Assembly (NCBI GenBank): GCA_010405405.1
Contig: MU004231.1
Span: 1,309,784 to 1,373,783 of the forward strand
DNA length: 64,000 bases
Reading direction: 5' to 3'
Source of the DNA: Microthyrium microscopicum
Lineage: Eukaryota
The position numbers were made by a program, and so were the translations under genes. The notes beneath the pieces are model-generated. The model was not told the origin of the DNA. It searched no databases and saw only the letters and a list, made by a program, of their open reading frames with translations. The first letter of the stretch is position 1, and the number at the start of each line of letters is the position of its first letter. Shown here in pieces: positions 13,938 to 26,363 of this stretch.

Positions 13938-15158
13938 CTAAACAAATCCTATTTTCACTGCAAGATTCTCTAGTTCCTCACTCCACCAGATACTCCAGAA
14001 ACCAGTTTTGGAACTCGGAATCTCACTGGTAAAGCAATCGGCCCAAAGAGGCTGGCCAAACCTGCCCGTGTCGGCACTTCCATCAACAATGCTGAGGCTC
14101 AGAGGATGTACTTCCGTATAGATATGTAGTGGTACAGATACCACAATAATGATGAACATCAGCGAGAAAATGATTTTCAAAAAGCTAGTGTTTCCTTTGA
14201 GATGTGTCGTCGAAAGCGGAAACCATTCTTGCTTCTTGAACAGGCTCTTGATGGATATTTCCAGGCCCCGGGTTATTTCGTCGCCAAGGTCGTGTCGATC
14301 AGGTCCGTTGAGTCTTGCGTCTAGCTCTTCCTTTACTCGAGCATCTATCGTTCCAAGCAAAGCAAAAACGCATGCGCCACCGATAACCAGGCAAATATAT
14401 GGGACTATGACCTCGAATTGAGCGAGGTGATTCGAGCTTTGGCTTACGCCTCTATCATAGCTGATGCAATAGAAGCTGTTTTTCAGGCTGAGAGCTTTCT
14501 CGGTCTGACAGTCCGGGACCGAGATGGGGCACACTGTGTGAGTTGGCACCCAAGCACCATACTGATCCCAGCCTTCTTTGATGCCTGGAGAGATGGATGC
14601 GCAGACCGCTATATAAAGAAGCACAAGGTCAATATAGAGCAGAAGCCGTAGGTGAGTAATCCAGTATATTCCTTTGTAGTTGTTAAGATATGGCAGGATT
14701 GATAAAAAGGAGACAAAAGCCATGGATGGCGCAATTCGTGCACCGCCTCTGGCAACTTCATGAGCAGCCCCTGCCCCAAGATGAGGATTTCCTTTGATAG
14801 CAGAGACGAAGGTCGATATGGCACGAATCGTGATTATGAGGTATTTTGCCAAATCCAGAGCAATAGATGAACGACTTGGTCGCTTGTTTGGGTCATTTTT
14901 GCCGGATTCAAGCTGCTTGTGTGCATTTCTGCTAGAAATCAATGCCCACACAGCAAATCCGACTGATATAGAGAAGCTGATCAACACGTAAGGCCAAGGA
15001 CGTGGGAGTGATTGTGGACTGTATTTCACAGAAAACTTTGATATATGTGACTGATTCCATAGTCCATAGCTAGGAGAGCCGGTACCGAACGGGGATGAGG
15101 TGGCCATTGTTGCAAGTAATGAGAGCAGTTCGCGAAATCTTTGGTGAGCGTTTGCCAT
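13938..15158 (-). CDS. Hypothetical multi-pass membrane protein
   Basis: 406-aa ORF with about six hydrophobic segments; family not recognised. Confidence 0.7.
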   Translation of the reverse strand: MANAHQRFRELLSLLATMATSSPFGTGSPSYGLWNQSHISKFSVKYSPQSLPRPWPYVLISFSISVGFAVWALISSRNAHKQLESGKNDPNKRPSRSSIALDLAKYLIITIRAISTFVSAIKGNPHLGAGAAHEVARGGARIAPSMAFVSFLSILPYLNNYKGIYWITHLRLLLYIDLVLLYIAVCASISPGIKEGWDQYGAWVPTHTVCPISVPDCQTEKALSLKNSFYCISYDRGVSQSSNHLAQFEVIVPYICLVIGGACVFALLGTIDARVKEELDARLNGPDRHDLGDEITRGLEISIKSLFKKQEWFPLSTTHLKGNTSFLKIIFSLMFIIIVVSVPLHIYTEVHPLSLSIVDGSADTGRFGQPLWADCFTSEIPSSKTGFWSIWWSEELENLAVKIGFV

Positions 15159-15990
15159 ATAAGGGGATTTTATATCAGGCTGTTTTGATTACCTAAAGCT
15201 TTTGCTTGATACAGTGCCAACCGCGCGTTGGAATGATAACTGGTTGAGATCACGATGTAGCCGCTCAAGGCGCTTTTCTTGGCTTCAATAATCATGCGCC
15301 AAGGAGATTCACACTCCAGTAAGCACGATGAGGCGGTGGCTGCGTGCTTACCCCTTTCGAGGGTAAAGATAGATAGCAGCCAGGAAGTTTCGAATGGAGC
15401 TGCATCGGCGATGCATAAAATGGGCCTATTCGGGTTGATGCTCAACATAATAATGCAATGACACGAGCTGAGGCCGCACGCTTGCATTGTGACATGAATT
15501 ACAAACATACAACAAACCACATTATCAGAGAATCCTAAACCAGTGGTACAGGCTCTTACCAACAGCTTTCTTCCGAGAAGGTATCAAGACGCATCGTCTT
15601 CACCTAGAAACGCGTATGATTTTCGCCTAAGATGCTCGCTGGATGTATTCGTACCCAGACTAGCCTTGAGTGCTCGAGCATACCTTCAGCAATGCGGTAC
15701 AGTACGCGAGCGCCAGCCATCTAGTATGAGCTGTGAGGTCATGGTACTGTGAGGTAATGGAAGATACTCCATGGAGAAAGTCCATAACAGGTGGGAAATA
15801 ACATGAGGAAAATTGAACGAAGAGGAGGAACAATTAAGAATTTTAGAGGGAGTTATGTTTGCACTAATCCCGTTTAGGTCTAGTCATTAAATTGTCAAGA
15901 TCTCATCACTTCCCTTCATCAAGCTAAAGTCGCCTGTCGCAAGCTTAAACCCTTCATCCAACCCTCATCTCCATTACTGCTTCCTCCTTC

Positions 15991-17617
15991 ATGGCTTCTC
16001 ATCAGCTGGCCATCGCAAAGGCAACTTTCGCGGCATCTCTATTACGCCCGGACTCGACCTGCAGCATCATTCCTCATGACTCTGTTGACGACTTTCATCA
16101 ACTCCTCGACTCCGCATTCAGTCGCTGCTCGCCAGCGAATGTCCAGGTCTGATTTATATGCTCTTTTGCCTGTTTTCAAAACCCGCGCTAAACTTGTCTT
16201 TGGAGCCGACTAGGCCTGTAGAGAATGGTTGACCCAAAATATCCTTCCATCCAAGGCGCGCTCCGCTGCTTGGGGTAAATTCCTGGCAGTACGCTCTGCT
16301 TCATTTACTGAGCAAGATGGCTCTGTAAACACAAGTCGCGCTCTCTCACCCAGACGAGCAAGACTACACGTGCTCTATATCATAAACGATGTTCTTCATT
16401 GGAACAAATACCACAACCGGGACTATAAGCCAGACGTTTTTGTCACGTCAATTGAGAACCATCTCAAAAGCCTTCTGGCCTCTGCAACAGCCTTTGATGC
16501 CGCGAAATACAAGCGACACCATGCTAAAATATTACAACTCTTGGACTTATGGGATGGGTGTAGATACTTTTCACTCGCACTGACCAAGTCCCTCAGACAA
16601 GTATTCGAGAAAACGAGAGCTAGCGGAGTAGAGACTGTCGATGATGGGCCGGCACCAGCATCGACGCTCATTGCTTCCATGGGCAAGGAGGCTCCATGGG
16701 CAATGCCGCCTACACATGGAGATCCTGCAGCGCCCTACTACGATCTCCCAGCTGGTAACCTCATACCACACATCATACCCAATTCATCTCGTCCTGTGAA
16801 CGCTCAGGCAATCAAGCCAGTCCAGTTTCCCCCTGGCCCAGCAGACCCCAGCCTCGTATCAGCCGTCGAACTCTTCCTCAAAGACGCCAACAAAATCTTT
16901 GACGTTCAAGAAGACGATAGCACCGTCCCCGATATCGACGCCATGGGCCAAGCGTTAATACTAGATGAGATGGGAGAGCGCATCGACAGCGACACCTACT
17001 ACGGCTGGTCTCGAGCTTTCTGCGAGCAGATGAACAAACGACAATCCCAGGCCAAACTACAAAGTCGCAGTCCATCTAGAAGTCGGAGCAGGAGCTACTC
17101 GACTGACCGCAGTCGAAGCTACAGTCCTCGCAAACGACGCCGCTCCACAAGCTCCTTTCGCGGACGTTCGCGCTCACCTTCACCAAATCGCAACCGTATG
17201 CAAAGTCGCTCTCCCATTCATCCTCCTCCCACAAACTATCCACCGCCTACCAACTATCCTCCTCCTCCTCCTGCTGCTCTAATAAATTCTTCTTCAAACT
17301 ATCCTCCACCTAATATGCGTCCTCCTCCATTCCAACAAGCACAACCGCCACCACCACCACCTCTTCCTGCGGCGATAGTTCACAGTATGCGGCCGCATGG
17401 ATGGACAGGTCCTTGGCCACCGCCTCCACCTGGCCATATGTTCAACGGCGGAGGGTTTCCAGTACCGCCTCCGCCTCCGCCGCCTGCGCCAGGCCAGTTT
17501 ATGAATGCGCCGGGCTTTATACCGCCGCCACCGCCTGGCTGGACGCCCCCTATGCCGCCGGCGTGGCAAAGTGGGCGAGGGAGGGGGAATATGCGGGGCA
17601 ATGGACGAGGATATTGA
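15991..17617 (+). CDS. CID/RPR (RNA Pol II CTD-interacting) domain protein with RS-rich and Pro-rich regions
   Basis: MASHQLAIAKATFAASLLRP, intron about 16147-16213, RLHVLYIINDVLH, LLDLW, YYGWSRAFCEQM, RSRS repeats, poly-Pro, RG-rich tail. Confidence 0.85.
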
Positions 17618-18113
17618 GGATGTATAGTCTTTGTAGGATTGATGTATGAGTAGTATAGGGAATGTGAATTGATACGAAAATCTAGTAGCAATTTCTTGCA
17701 ACGCCTAATCATGAAGTGCCATGGCGATCCGCGATAATTATGTGATATAGTTCTTCAATAGCACCACCGAGTAGAAAGTGATTAAGGAAGGGTGTATTTC
17801 CAGTCTATTAATGCACTGAATGCACAAATCGGCCACTCTATTAGTCCCCAATGATCCAGATCTAATGCCCAATCTACAGCACGCTTGCGCCAGTTATGTA
17901 TGCAGTTTAAACCATGTTCTTCTACCTCTGATATCGAGAACGCCAATATTAGCAGGTCTAAGTCTACGTAACCTAATCAGCCGCCCACGGGGAAAACAGC
18001 GGGCGCTTTACTGCCAATTACCTGCTCTCATAGGCACTGTTCTCTCCCTAAGTAATTTCAAATTGGTCGAAAGGATGTATAGTTTGTCATTCTGCCCTAC
18101 CGAACTCTTGGAC

Positions 18114-20323
18114 TTACTTTGTTTCGTTCAGTAACAGATCCCAGATAGCGTTCGCCTCTAGGTAGTTGTGGTGCACAATGTTTAGCAGCCAGTAGTCTGA
18201 TTCAATGTCTTTGAGTAGTTGTGCTGTTGGACTGCGTGGTGGGTAGATATGCTGCCATTCTCGCCATATGCTGAATGCTTCGTCGCGCCAGGCACGGAAT
18301 GATTCTGCTTCGATTATTGTTGGTGTGATGATTCTGAAATTCTTGTTAGCATGATGGCTAATCTGAGAGAAGACGGGATGGCCTACTCTTTGCCCGCAAA
18401 GGTACCCCACGTCACAGGATTGACAGCCTCAGAGTCACTGGCCTCAAAGGCGCCAGCACTATTGGAAGCAAAGTACGTGACTTCGGGGTGTTTGTCGAGG
18501 ACTTCACGGAATGCTTTCCAGGAGGTATTGGAAATGAAGAATTCGACAAACGGCTTTTGGAAGACAAAGCCGCTTCGAGGACCCCAGCCGAAGACGGGAT
18601 CAGAGCTCTTTACGCCGTTGACGGCTGGCTGACTTGCAACCGTCCACCAGCCTTTTGCATTTAGAGCGAGTAGGTGTTCTTTGATGGTAGAGGTTTCGGG
18701 ATTAAGGCCTTCTTCGCTCCAAGGTATAGCTCTTAGCTCTCCGGATACGTGTTTTTGGAAGATAGTGTTGATGTCGTTAGTAGTTACGGGAAATCCCCAA
18801 AGTTTGATGGCTTCGGGAATTGATACGTGGAGGGAGACACCATAACCGTCAATCTCGCCAAAGGCTATAGCAATTGTTAGTACATGACACTGGGGCATCA
18901 GCATAATTGCATGATGAACAGCACTCACCTGGAGAACGAGCATCACCCCAACGACCATTGGGAAAGTCATCCCACGTCGCTTCACGACCCAATGATCCTT
19001 CCCCTTCTGAGATCTCAAGCGCAGTCTTCGGTGCTAACGGCTTATCATCGCGCTTGCCAGCATCTTTCTGTGTAATTTCATAGTCTTGGTTGCTCAAAGC
19101 AGTCAACTTCTCAACCACCACCCTGTTTTGGGGACCTGACGACAGTCTTCGTCGATCAAAGGATCCCAACTCTGGGGGAGTCAATGTAGAAGAAGGTGAA
19201 ACAATCACTTCCGACGGTAGGTCTTCCACTGTGAGCTCCTTGATCAGATGGTTGCGCTCCACAATCTGAGACACTGCTTTCTCCAGATTGAGTGTGTAGA
19301 AATGGAAGCCTTGTTTTCCAGGAGTTCCCATCTTTTTCAAACCCTCGATAATCTCACTCAAGATATCGACACCAACTTTCTTGACTTCTTCGTCATCGCT
19401 TTTCACAGCATCTAGTCTAGTCATCAACTCTGCTGGAACCTTCGCGTGGCTCAACTTCGCAACGCGCCGTACGACTTGATAGCTCTGTATTGGCATCAAG
19501 CCCGGAATAATCGGTATCCCCTTAAACACCCCCGACTCATCGCCCCTCAACATCGCTTCAAACTTCCGATACGCCTCCACATCAAAGAACAACTGCGTCA
19601 TGATGAAGTCCGCACCAGCTTTTGTCTTCTCCACCAAGTACGGCAAATCAAACTCCGCATCCTGTCTTTCCGGGTGACTCGTATCCGCATGGCCATCCGG
19701 ATACGCAGCCACACCAATGCAGAAATAGTCCCCGTATTGTTCTCGTATGTATTTGACGAGATCCACAGCCCAGACAAACTGCTGCTGGGCACCTTCATTT
19801 GGATCACCGTATTCGGCGTTGCGTGGTGGATCACCACGTAGGGCGAGTATGTTGCGGATGCCGAGAGTTTTGGCGCGTGACAGGGCTTCGTCGATGAGGC
19901 GTTGGCTCATGTTGGTGCAGGTCAGGTGAAGACATGTTGTTAGACCGAGTTGTTGTTGGGTGAATTCGGCGAGTTCGAGAGATTTGCTAGATGTGGAGCC
20001 ACCGGCGCCCTGGTGCTGATTAGCGATGGTGACTCGCATATGTCATGATAGCCATCTAGTGCTAAGGGTCTCATTGAATGCTATGAACGCGCAGATCTGA
20101 AGGGAAAGCTTACCCAAGTGATATTGACGAAAAGCGGCCGCAAGGCCTGGGACATTCGCGCAAGACGAGCCTGTAGATTCGATAGACCCTATGAATGATT
20201 AACACCAGATCTATCAGAGCACGGAGAATATTATACAGCTGCAGTCTTTGGTGGAAAGAACTCTAAAGAGAAAAAGGGCGTGTCATCGGCCAACGCGGCG
20301 ATTTTATCTGTGATCTTCTCCAT
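18114..20323 (-). CDS. MET12: Methylenetetrahydrofolate reductase (Met12-like), multi-exon
   Basis: SLEFFPPKT, HLTCTN, NILALRGDPP, GADFIMTQLFFD, HFYTLNLEK, WDDFPNGRWGD, FQKPFVEFF, NPVTWG. Confidence 0.9.
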
Positions 20324-20755
20324 GGCTTCGGCTTGGGGTATCTTGCGGAGGCCAATTGATGGTGAGGCGGGACTGGTCAGTACAGAGATGATTCATGCTA
20401 TATCAATTGAGCGAAGTGGCAAGAACATGACTGAGTGACGTGCTGGTTGACAGAGTCGGTGGTGGAAAATGGTATCTTCGGTTAGGTGGGGCAATACGCG
20501 GTGAGAGCCATTGAGACGAGTCGCAACCGCGTTGTGGAGCCTTGAAGTACTTAACCTTCATTTGTCTTGCGCGTTTGTCTTGCGCGTTTGCCTTGCCTCC
20601 TATATTGAAGTTAGAGTATAACATCTTGAGGCACAAGAAACAGAAAGTGGTGGTACAGGATGTATATTCCATGACAGATCTAGATCCACTGCATCACAGC
20701 GCTTTGTTCTCCTACCACCGAGCACAAGCTGCCCATACACAACAGAGATGCAAGT

Positions 20756-23700
20756 CTAGTCCTCCAGGGCCCCAGATATTAAGCTCTGCAGTACAAAGTC
20801 ATCATCCACGAGCCAGCAATTGTCTGCTTCGAACTTCACTTTCGCTTCCTTCATCTGTTCCTCTGAGTCGACATATATCCAGTCCCAGTCTTCTGTTGCC
20901 TCCCTGTACACTCGATAAGCCTCTTCTAGGTCTGCCACGCGTTGAATTGCTTTCACCCCGAGTGCAACCGTCAAGAACATGAACACTTTGCGCTTCTTAG
21001 GCAAACGCTTCCCTGCTGACACGAATAGTATACGTTCCCCGCTAAAGAGCTGATCACGTCGAGAGAGGGTGCGCGCTAATTGAGCTTCAGGCGAGTCTGG
21101 CGCGTAGGGCACAAGTGTGCGTGAGAGAATCGCGCCTTGCAATGATTTTGATTCACCAGCTGCCAAAGCATAGCGAGCCCACGGAAGAGGACGGCCCTGG
21201 GCGGCGCTGTCGATTGCCCATCGGTAATGTAAGACTGGAATTGCGAGTGCAAGAGCCTGCATATGCTTGGCGCGACGCGAATGTTGATCGGCCAGAACTG
21301 CGGTGAAACCTATGTTTTGTGCAACCGCGGAAAGATGCAGCTGTGGACGAGTCTGCGTGCTAGATGAAGCAGTCGAGTCGGCGAAAAGCGTTGTTGGCAG
21401 GTCAAAAAGTTCCTCAAATCCATGTTCGACCAGAGAACCACCGTTTGTTCGAAGAGCCTTCTTGACAGCTTTAGCATCCTCCTCTGGGATGTTACTCAAT
21501 GCAAACGACATGTTGCCAAAGACGCCCGATGCTTCCGCGATTGCTTCTTGCACATCTTGGACTGGGCTTGCTGCTCGTTCTGAGGCATGCACTGATCTGC
21601 GACTATTGTCGAAGACTGGCGTAGACACTCGAGATCGGCTACTTGTACTCAATGGTGTGGGTACAGTACTTGCGGTCGGAATGTTCAAACTCGGTATGTA
21701 TTTTCGACTTTCGAGCTTTTCGAATTCTTGAGGTGCGATCTTGATCTTGGAAACCGGGATATCAATGATTTGCGCTACCTCTACGGTGGAAGAAATGCTG
21801 TCCCTTGATTTTGTAGTCACACAGACAGTCTGATAGCCAAAGACATCCATGGTAGGAACTTGCACAGATGGTTCAGCTTCCAACGGATTAAATTTGTTTT
21901 TGAGGCCAACAACCACGTAGTTCTTTCCTCGCATTCTAGGAAGCTCGACTTTGACAAAGTCACCAGGGCGGAGTTCCAGGCGAAATATCCATTTATTTGC
22001 ATCAACTGCCGATGTCGATCCATCGTCCCATAAAACGTCAAGCGACACTGCTCCTCGCGCGATGGCTACCTCCTTTTTGCAGGTGCCAGGGTAACAAGCG
22101 TTATATTGTCCAGGAAAGTAGCCAAATATGCGATCTGTATAGACTAGATTTTCTTGACTCAAATCTGTGATCATGTCCTCGCCTGTGACTACTTCAGATT
22201 GAAAGGCCCCTTTCTCTGGCTCCGGTTGCTTCGAGCTTTCGAAAGGTGTCACTGGATGAGACGCGCTGAGGGTTCCAGTGGAAGTCAGACCGTATTGTGA
22301 CTCCTCCACATCAAATACACTGCCCATCTTGCTTTTGGCCGCTTGTCTTTTCTCGCGATCTCGTGCCGTAGAATTGAAGAACTTTTTGGGTCTTGTAAGT
22401 CTTCCTCTCCCGAGAACATTACTCCCGGCAGGGGTAGCAAATTGGTGTACCGTAGCAGAGCTGATTTCTACTCCAGCCTGTTCGGATCCATTGGGTTGCT
22501 CAACTACTTCGGTGCTTCGTGTCGATAGTGGTACCATTTCTTTATCTTCTTGGGCGTCCTTTCGCCCAGGAGAACTGATTTTCTGACGTTTCCGTCCATG
22601 CCAATTGACGGGCGATGATCCAGAAAGAATAAGTTTCTCGGGGATCTCACTGGATAGCTCGTCCAATTCGTCGTCGGAAATTTCCAGATATTTTCTCCGT
22701 TGCGTATGTAGGTCTGATAGAGGGGACGAAGTACTCCCGTTAGGAGCAGACGCAATTCTTGACTCGGCCGTTTGGTAGTCTGTTCCATTTGACGTATCTG
22801 GAGCGTCTTGAATTAATGATATCGAGTTGTCTTCGCCCTCTATTATCTCTGAATCACCTACGTCCTCCAACCGCAGGGGCTCATTTAGCATATGACTTGC
22901 CTCTTGCTGGGTATGAGGATCAACAGAAGCTATTTGGGATGCGAAGTTGTTGACTCCAAGATCAATGATATTCGCTGGCGGGCGGAGCTCGTCATCTTCG
23001 ATCTCGTCTTGCCCTTGACTGAGATTTAGGACGCGAACTTGCGAATAACTTGAGCTTTTCTGTGAGGTACCATTGGTCAAGGGCAGCTCCTCGCGGACAA
23101 CAGGTGGACTACTTGGCACTGGACTCTGTGACTCGGGGCCGCTGTCTTTGAGAGTCGGAGGTCTCTGTGGCGACGAGGTATTTAAAGCAGCCTGAGTCGT
23201 CGTTCCCAGCTTCGCCTTTTGACTGGAGGCCAAGTGGGAATAAATTGATTCTAGTGGCCCAGTATCAGGGCGGCCAGATGGCGAAGAAGGAATTGGAGGT
23301 CTTTCAAGATCATGGGGCGTACATTGTGAATCCGTAACTCGGTCTGTATGCTGTGTACCAGACATTCTCGGCACTTTAAAGAATAGGTGAACATCCTCTG
23401 GCGTTCCAGCGATTTTCAAATTTCCTTGTTTGTGACTTTGTGCACCCTCATCTTCATTCATAGCATCCACACTCTCATCAATTGTTGAGCTAAGCGGAAT
23501 GCGTGCACTGATTATTCGGGGCTTGGTGACAGTAATAGGTGGTTCAGCATCAGATTCGTCGTCATCCTCTATAACAATAGGTTCAGCTGAGCTTCTAGCA
23601 CGTGAAACTCCAGCAGCTCGTGCTTGATCATCCTTTAACAGTTGCTCTTTGGCTACTGGACCCGGAAGCTTCGCAAGAGTAGCTAGATGATGGGCCGACA

Positions 23701-24466
23701 GGCGATTGACAGGCGCGGGAGGCATAGGGGTGCGAATTTCTATCTCATCGAAATCCTGGGATGTATCGTCCAAGTTCTTGAATGTCGGCTGAGCTGGTGT
23801 GGACGCAAAGTATTTTGCGGGCGTCCGTTGTTGAGTGTGGTAGTCGGGAGAGGGACGATCAAATACGGGATCTGATCTCGGTGCGTTGGCAGGCGAAGTT
23901 CCGAGCTGTGTGGTTGCAAATGCCTGTGTCAATTCGACCCCAGCGCCGAATCCACCAAACATCCTCTTCAATTCAGATCCAGGGGTCTTTGTCGCCGAGC
24001 GAGATGGACGGGTGTCACTCGTTAGTAATCGCGATTCATTTTTGCCTGAAGTCACCGGTGTCTGGGGATTCACCACTGGCATTTTACGCTGTGGAAGGTC
24101 CGGAGGGTCTGTGACGAGATTTTCTAATTCATCGCCAGAGTCAGCATGAGCGAGACTATTCTCGTCATCTGGACCTCGTAATGGTAAAGAAGAGTCTCCA
24201 GCCTCATCGTTCATGTTATAGTCCTGAGTTTCCACCAACTGTGTATCACCTCGTGAGCTGTCTGCGAATTGTCTAAATGACTTGTTCATGAGCGCGGCAT
24301 GAGTCTCGACTAGGAATTGGGGCGATGGAGATTTGGCCCGATGCGCTTTTTCTCTTCGGGTCTGTCGTTGATTGACACGGGAAGAGTCTTGACTTTCTTC
24401 ATTCTCCGATTGCTGGACATTGGCAGACTGAGCCAAACGGGCGCGCTTGGAAGGGCGAGTACTCAT
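20756..24466 (-). CDS. rad9: DNA-damage checkpoint adaptor Rad9/Crb2-like (SQ/TQ-rich N-terminus, Tudor-like region, BRCT)
   Basis: 1236-aa ORF; low-complexity SQ/TQ region, YPGTC...WDDGS...LELRPGDFVKV, and BRCT-like ADQHSRRAKHMQALALAIPVLHYRW...YALAAGES. Confidence 0.85.
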   Translation of the reverse strand: MSTRPSKRARLAQSANVQQSENEESQDSSRVNQRQTRREKAHRAKSPSPQFLVETHAALMNKSFRQFADSSRGDTQLVETQDYNMNDEAGDSSLPLRGPDDENSLAHADSGDELENLVTDPPDLPQRKMPVVNPQTPVTSGKNESRLLTSDTRPSRSATKTPGSELKRMFGGFGAGVELTQAFATTQLGTSPANAPRSDPVFDRPSPDYHTQQRTPAKYFASTPAQPTFKNLDDTSQDFDEIEIRTPMPPAPVNRLSAHHLATLAKLPGPVAKEQLLKDDQARAAGVSRARSSAEPIVIEDDDESDAEPPITVTKPRIISARIPLSSTIDESVDAMNEDEGAQSHKQGNLKIAGTPEDVHLFFKVPRMSGTQHTDRVTDSQCTPHDLERPPIPSSPSGRPDTGPLESIYSHLASSQKAKLGTTTQAALNTSSPQRPPTLKDSGPESQSPVPSSPPVVREELPLTNGTSQKSSSYSQVRVLNLSQGQDEIEDDELRPPANIIDLGVNNFASQIASVDPHTQQEASHMLNEPLRLEDVGDSEIIEGEDNSISLIQDAPDTSNGTDYQTAESRIASAPNGSTSSPLSDLHTQRRKYLEISDDELDELSSEIPEKLILSGSSPVNWHGRKRQKISSPGRKDAQEDKEMVPLSTRSTEVVEQPNGSEQAGVEISSATVHQFATPAGSNVLGRGRLTRPKKFFNSTARDREKRQAAKSKMGSVFDVEESQYGLTSTGTLSASHPVTPFESSKQPEPEKGAFQSEVVTGEDMITDLSQENLVYTDRIFGYFPGQYNACYPGTCKKEVAIARGAVSLDVLWDDGSTSAVDANKWIFRLELRPGDFVKVELPRMRGKNYVVVGLKNKFNPLEAEPSVQVPTMDVFGYQTVCVTTKSRDSISSTVEVAQIIDIPVSKIKIAPQEFEKLESRKYIPSLNIPTASTVPTPLSTSSRSRVSTPVFDNSRRSVHASERAASPVQDVQEAIAEASGVFGNMSFALSNIPEEDAKAVKKALRTNGGSLVEHGFEELFDLPTTLFADSTASSSTQTRPQLHLSAVAQNIGFTAVLADQHSRRAKHMQALALAIPVLHYRWAIDSAAQGRPLPWARYALAAGESKSLQGAILSRTLVPYAPDSPEAQLARTLSRRDQLFSGERILFVSAGKRLPKKRKVFMFLTVALGVKAIQRVADLEEAYRVYREATEDWDWIYVDSEEQMKEAKVKFEADNCWLVDDDFVLQSLISGALED

Positions 24467-24798
24467 GATGGGAGCATTATTCGTGGGTATGTTTGGAATC
24501 CTCGGGTCGTGGCGTCAGTGAAATGGTGGGAGGAGCATTGATCCGAGGAAGAGAATTCCGGTCTCTATGGCAGCTCAAGAGAATGGGCGATTTGAAGGTG
24601 GGTCGAAGGTGATGAATCGGGGTGGCGTCCTGACGTGTGAGCTGTGAACTGTCTCAAAAAAAGATTCAACAACATCAGTTCGGTCCTTAGAGCATACGAA
24701 TATTCCAATTCAGCGATAAAGCCAGACAAAATGATATTTTACTTGTTTTAAAGTGCAAATCTTTGCATCCAGTCTCAACCTCATCGAGCTACGTAGAA

Positions 24799-24822
24799 GC
24801 GCGTATTCAGGTTCTCACGCGA
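24799..24822. promoter_or_regulatory. MCB-like elements upstream of rad9
   Basis: GCGCGT at 24799 and ACGCGA at 24817. Confidence 0.4.
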
Positions 24823-25195
24823 AGCGCACTAGAGTGAAAGAAGCAGTTGCGGGCCGTTCCTTAGCTTAGCAAGGATCCTACCACCAACGCCGGGACAAGA
24901 CCTCCATTTGGAGTTTACATACGTATAGCGTGCAAAGTCAAAACAATATTATTTCGCTTTTGGGTTTGATATTAAGGACTTATGGTTAAAGCCGCATTAC
25001 CCGAAGCATAATGAGCTGAAAATCAGTAGCAGAACGGAGCAATTAATAACTCCGGAGAGCGGGGCACCAACATTGTACTATTTCAGCCTCAGCCTTGCGG
25101 TTACAACAGATTCCAGAATACTATAAAATCTGGGTGGTCCCGGCTATATCTATTCTCAAACTCACTTTCTTAGTTAGCATATCAGTTTTGATAAA

Positions 25196-26043
25196 ATGGC
25201 AGCACAGCAAAAAATCATCCTGGTTACTGGAGGCAAGGCATCTCTTGTAGCTTTACAATCTACAATGGCGCTAACTAATTCTCATAGGCAATGGAGGAAT
25301 CGGATATGAATTAGTGGCTCAAATGGCAGCTACTTCCTCCAACCATGTCCTTCTTGGTAGTCGATCAGTGGAAAAAGGCTCTACTGCTGTCGATGAGCTG
25401 TCTTCCAAAGGTCTTGCAGGCACCGTAGAGCTTCTCCAGCTCGATGTCACGGATGAGAAATCCATCGCTGAGGCTGTTAAACAGGTAGAAAGCAAGCATG
25501 GGCGGTATGTTCGGCTGTCCACTTCGGTAAACCATCCACTGACCAATTTTTCACAGACTCGATGCTCTAGTCAACAACGCAGGAGTTAGCACTGCTGATG
25601 GCACTCTCACAGCTCGAATGAACTGGACCTTCCAAGTAAACGCTACTGGACCAGCCGCCATCGTTGAAGCATTCGAGCCACTGCTCAAGAAGTCAACTGG
25701 AACAGTTCGCATTGTCAACGTATCTTCTGGCGCTGGCTCAATTACAACACGCCTGATTGCAACCAACCCGTTCTATGAAATGAAGGTGGTCGACTACCGC
25801 GTCAGCAAAGCTGCATTGAATATGGTCACAGCATGTCAAGCAGCTGAGTATGGCAAACTGGGCTGGAAAGTGTTTGCATTCTGTCCAGGCTACACTGTGT
25901 CGAAGTTGTCGAATCAGAACACGGAAGAATATGGTGCTCAGCCTACCAGCAAGGGGGCGGCTCCAATTGTAGACATATTGAATGGAAAGAGAGATGAAGA
26001 ACACGGTCGATTTTTAAACGCCACTGGGCAGTTCCCATGGTAG
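25196..26043 (+). CDS. Short-chain dehydrogenase/reductase; first intron GC-AG
   Basis: TGGNGGIG (after splicing 25233-25287), LDVT, NNAG, NVSSGAGS, YRVSK (YxxxK), CPG. Confidence 0.9.
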
Positions 26044-26363
26044 GGCGACTGTACCGCATTACATTTGAAAACAATGGCACGAGTTTTGAGAATTGGAATA
26101 GATCAGGATTTTCAAGAACGAAGGCTCCCCTCTTAATTCTTTTAAAACCATGAAGAATCGTGGAAAGCTTCTGTGCATTGTAAAATGGAATCAAGTATTT
26201 GAATTGCAAGCTAAATTGCCAGCATTTTTGTTAGATTTTAGGGAGCAATTACAAAGCTGTTACCCCAGGTACAATTCCCATCCTCCTGTAAACCTAGCGA
26301 GCCCATCGCAAGGCTAGTCAGGCCACTGCCAGCCATTCCTCCACTAAGCCCGAGCGATGAGAT

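Noticed and set aside
17294..17712. Gly-rich and Arg-rich antisense ORFs
   Set aside because: Mirror of the poly-Pro coding region on the opposite strand
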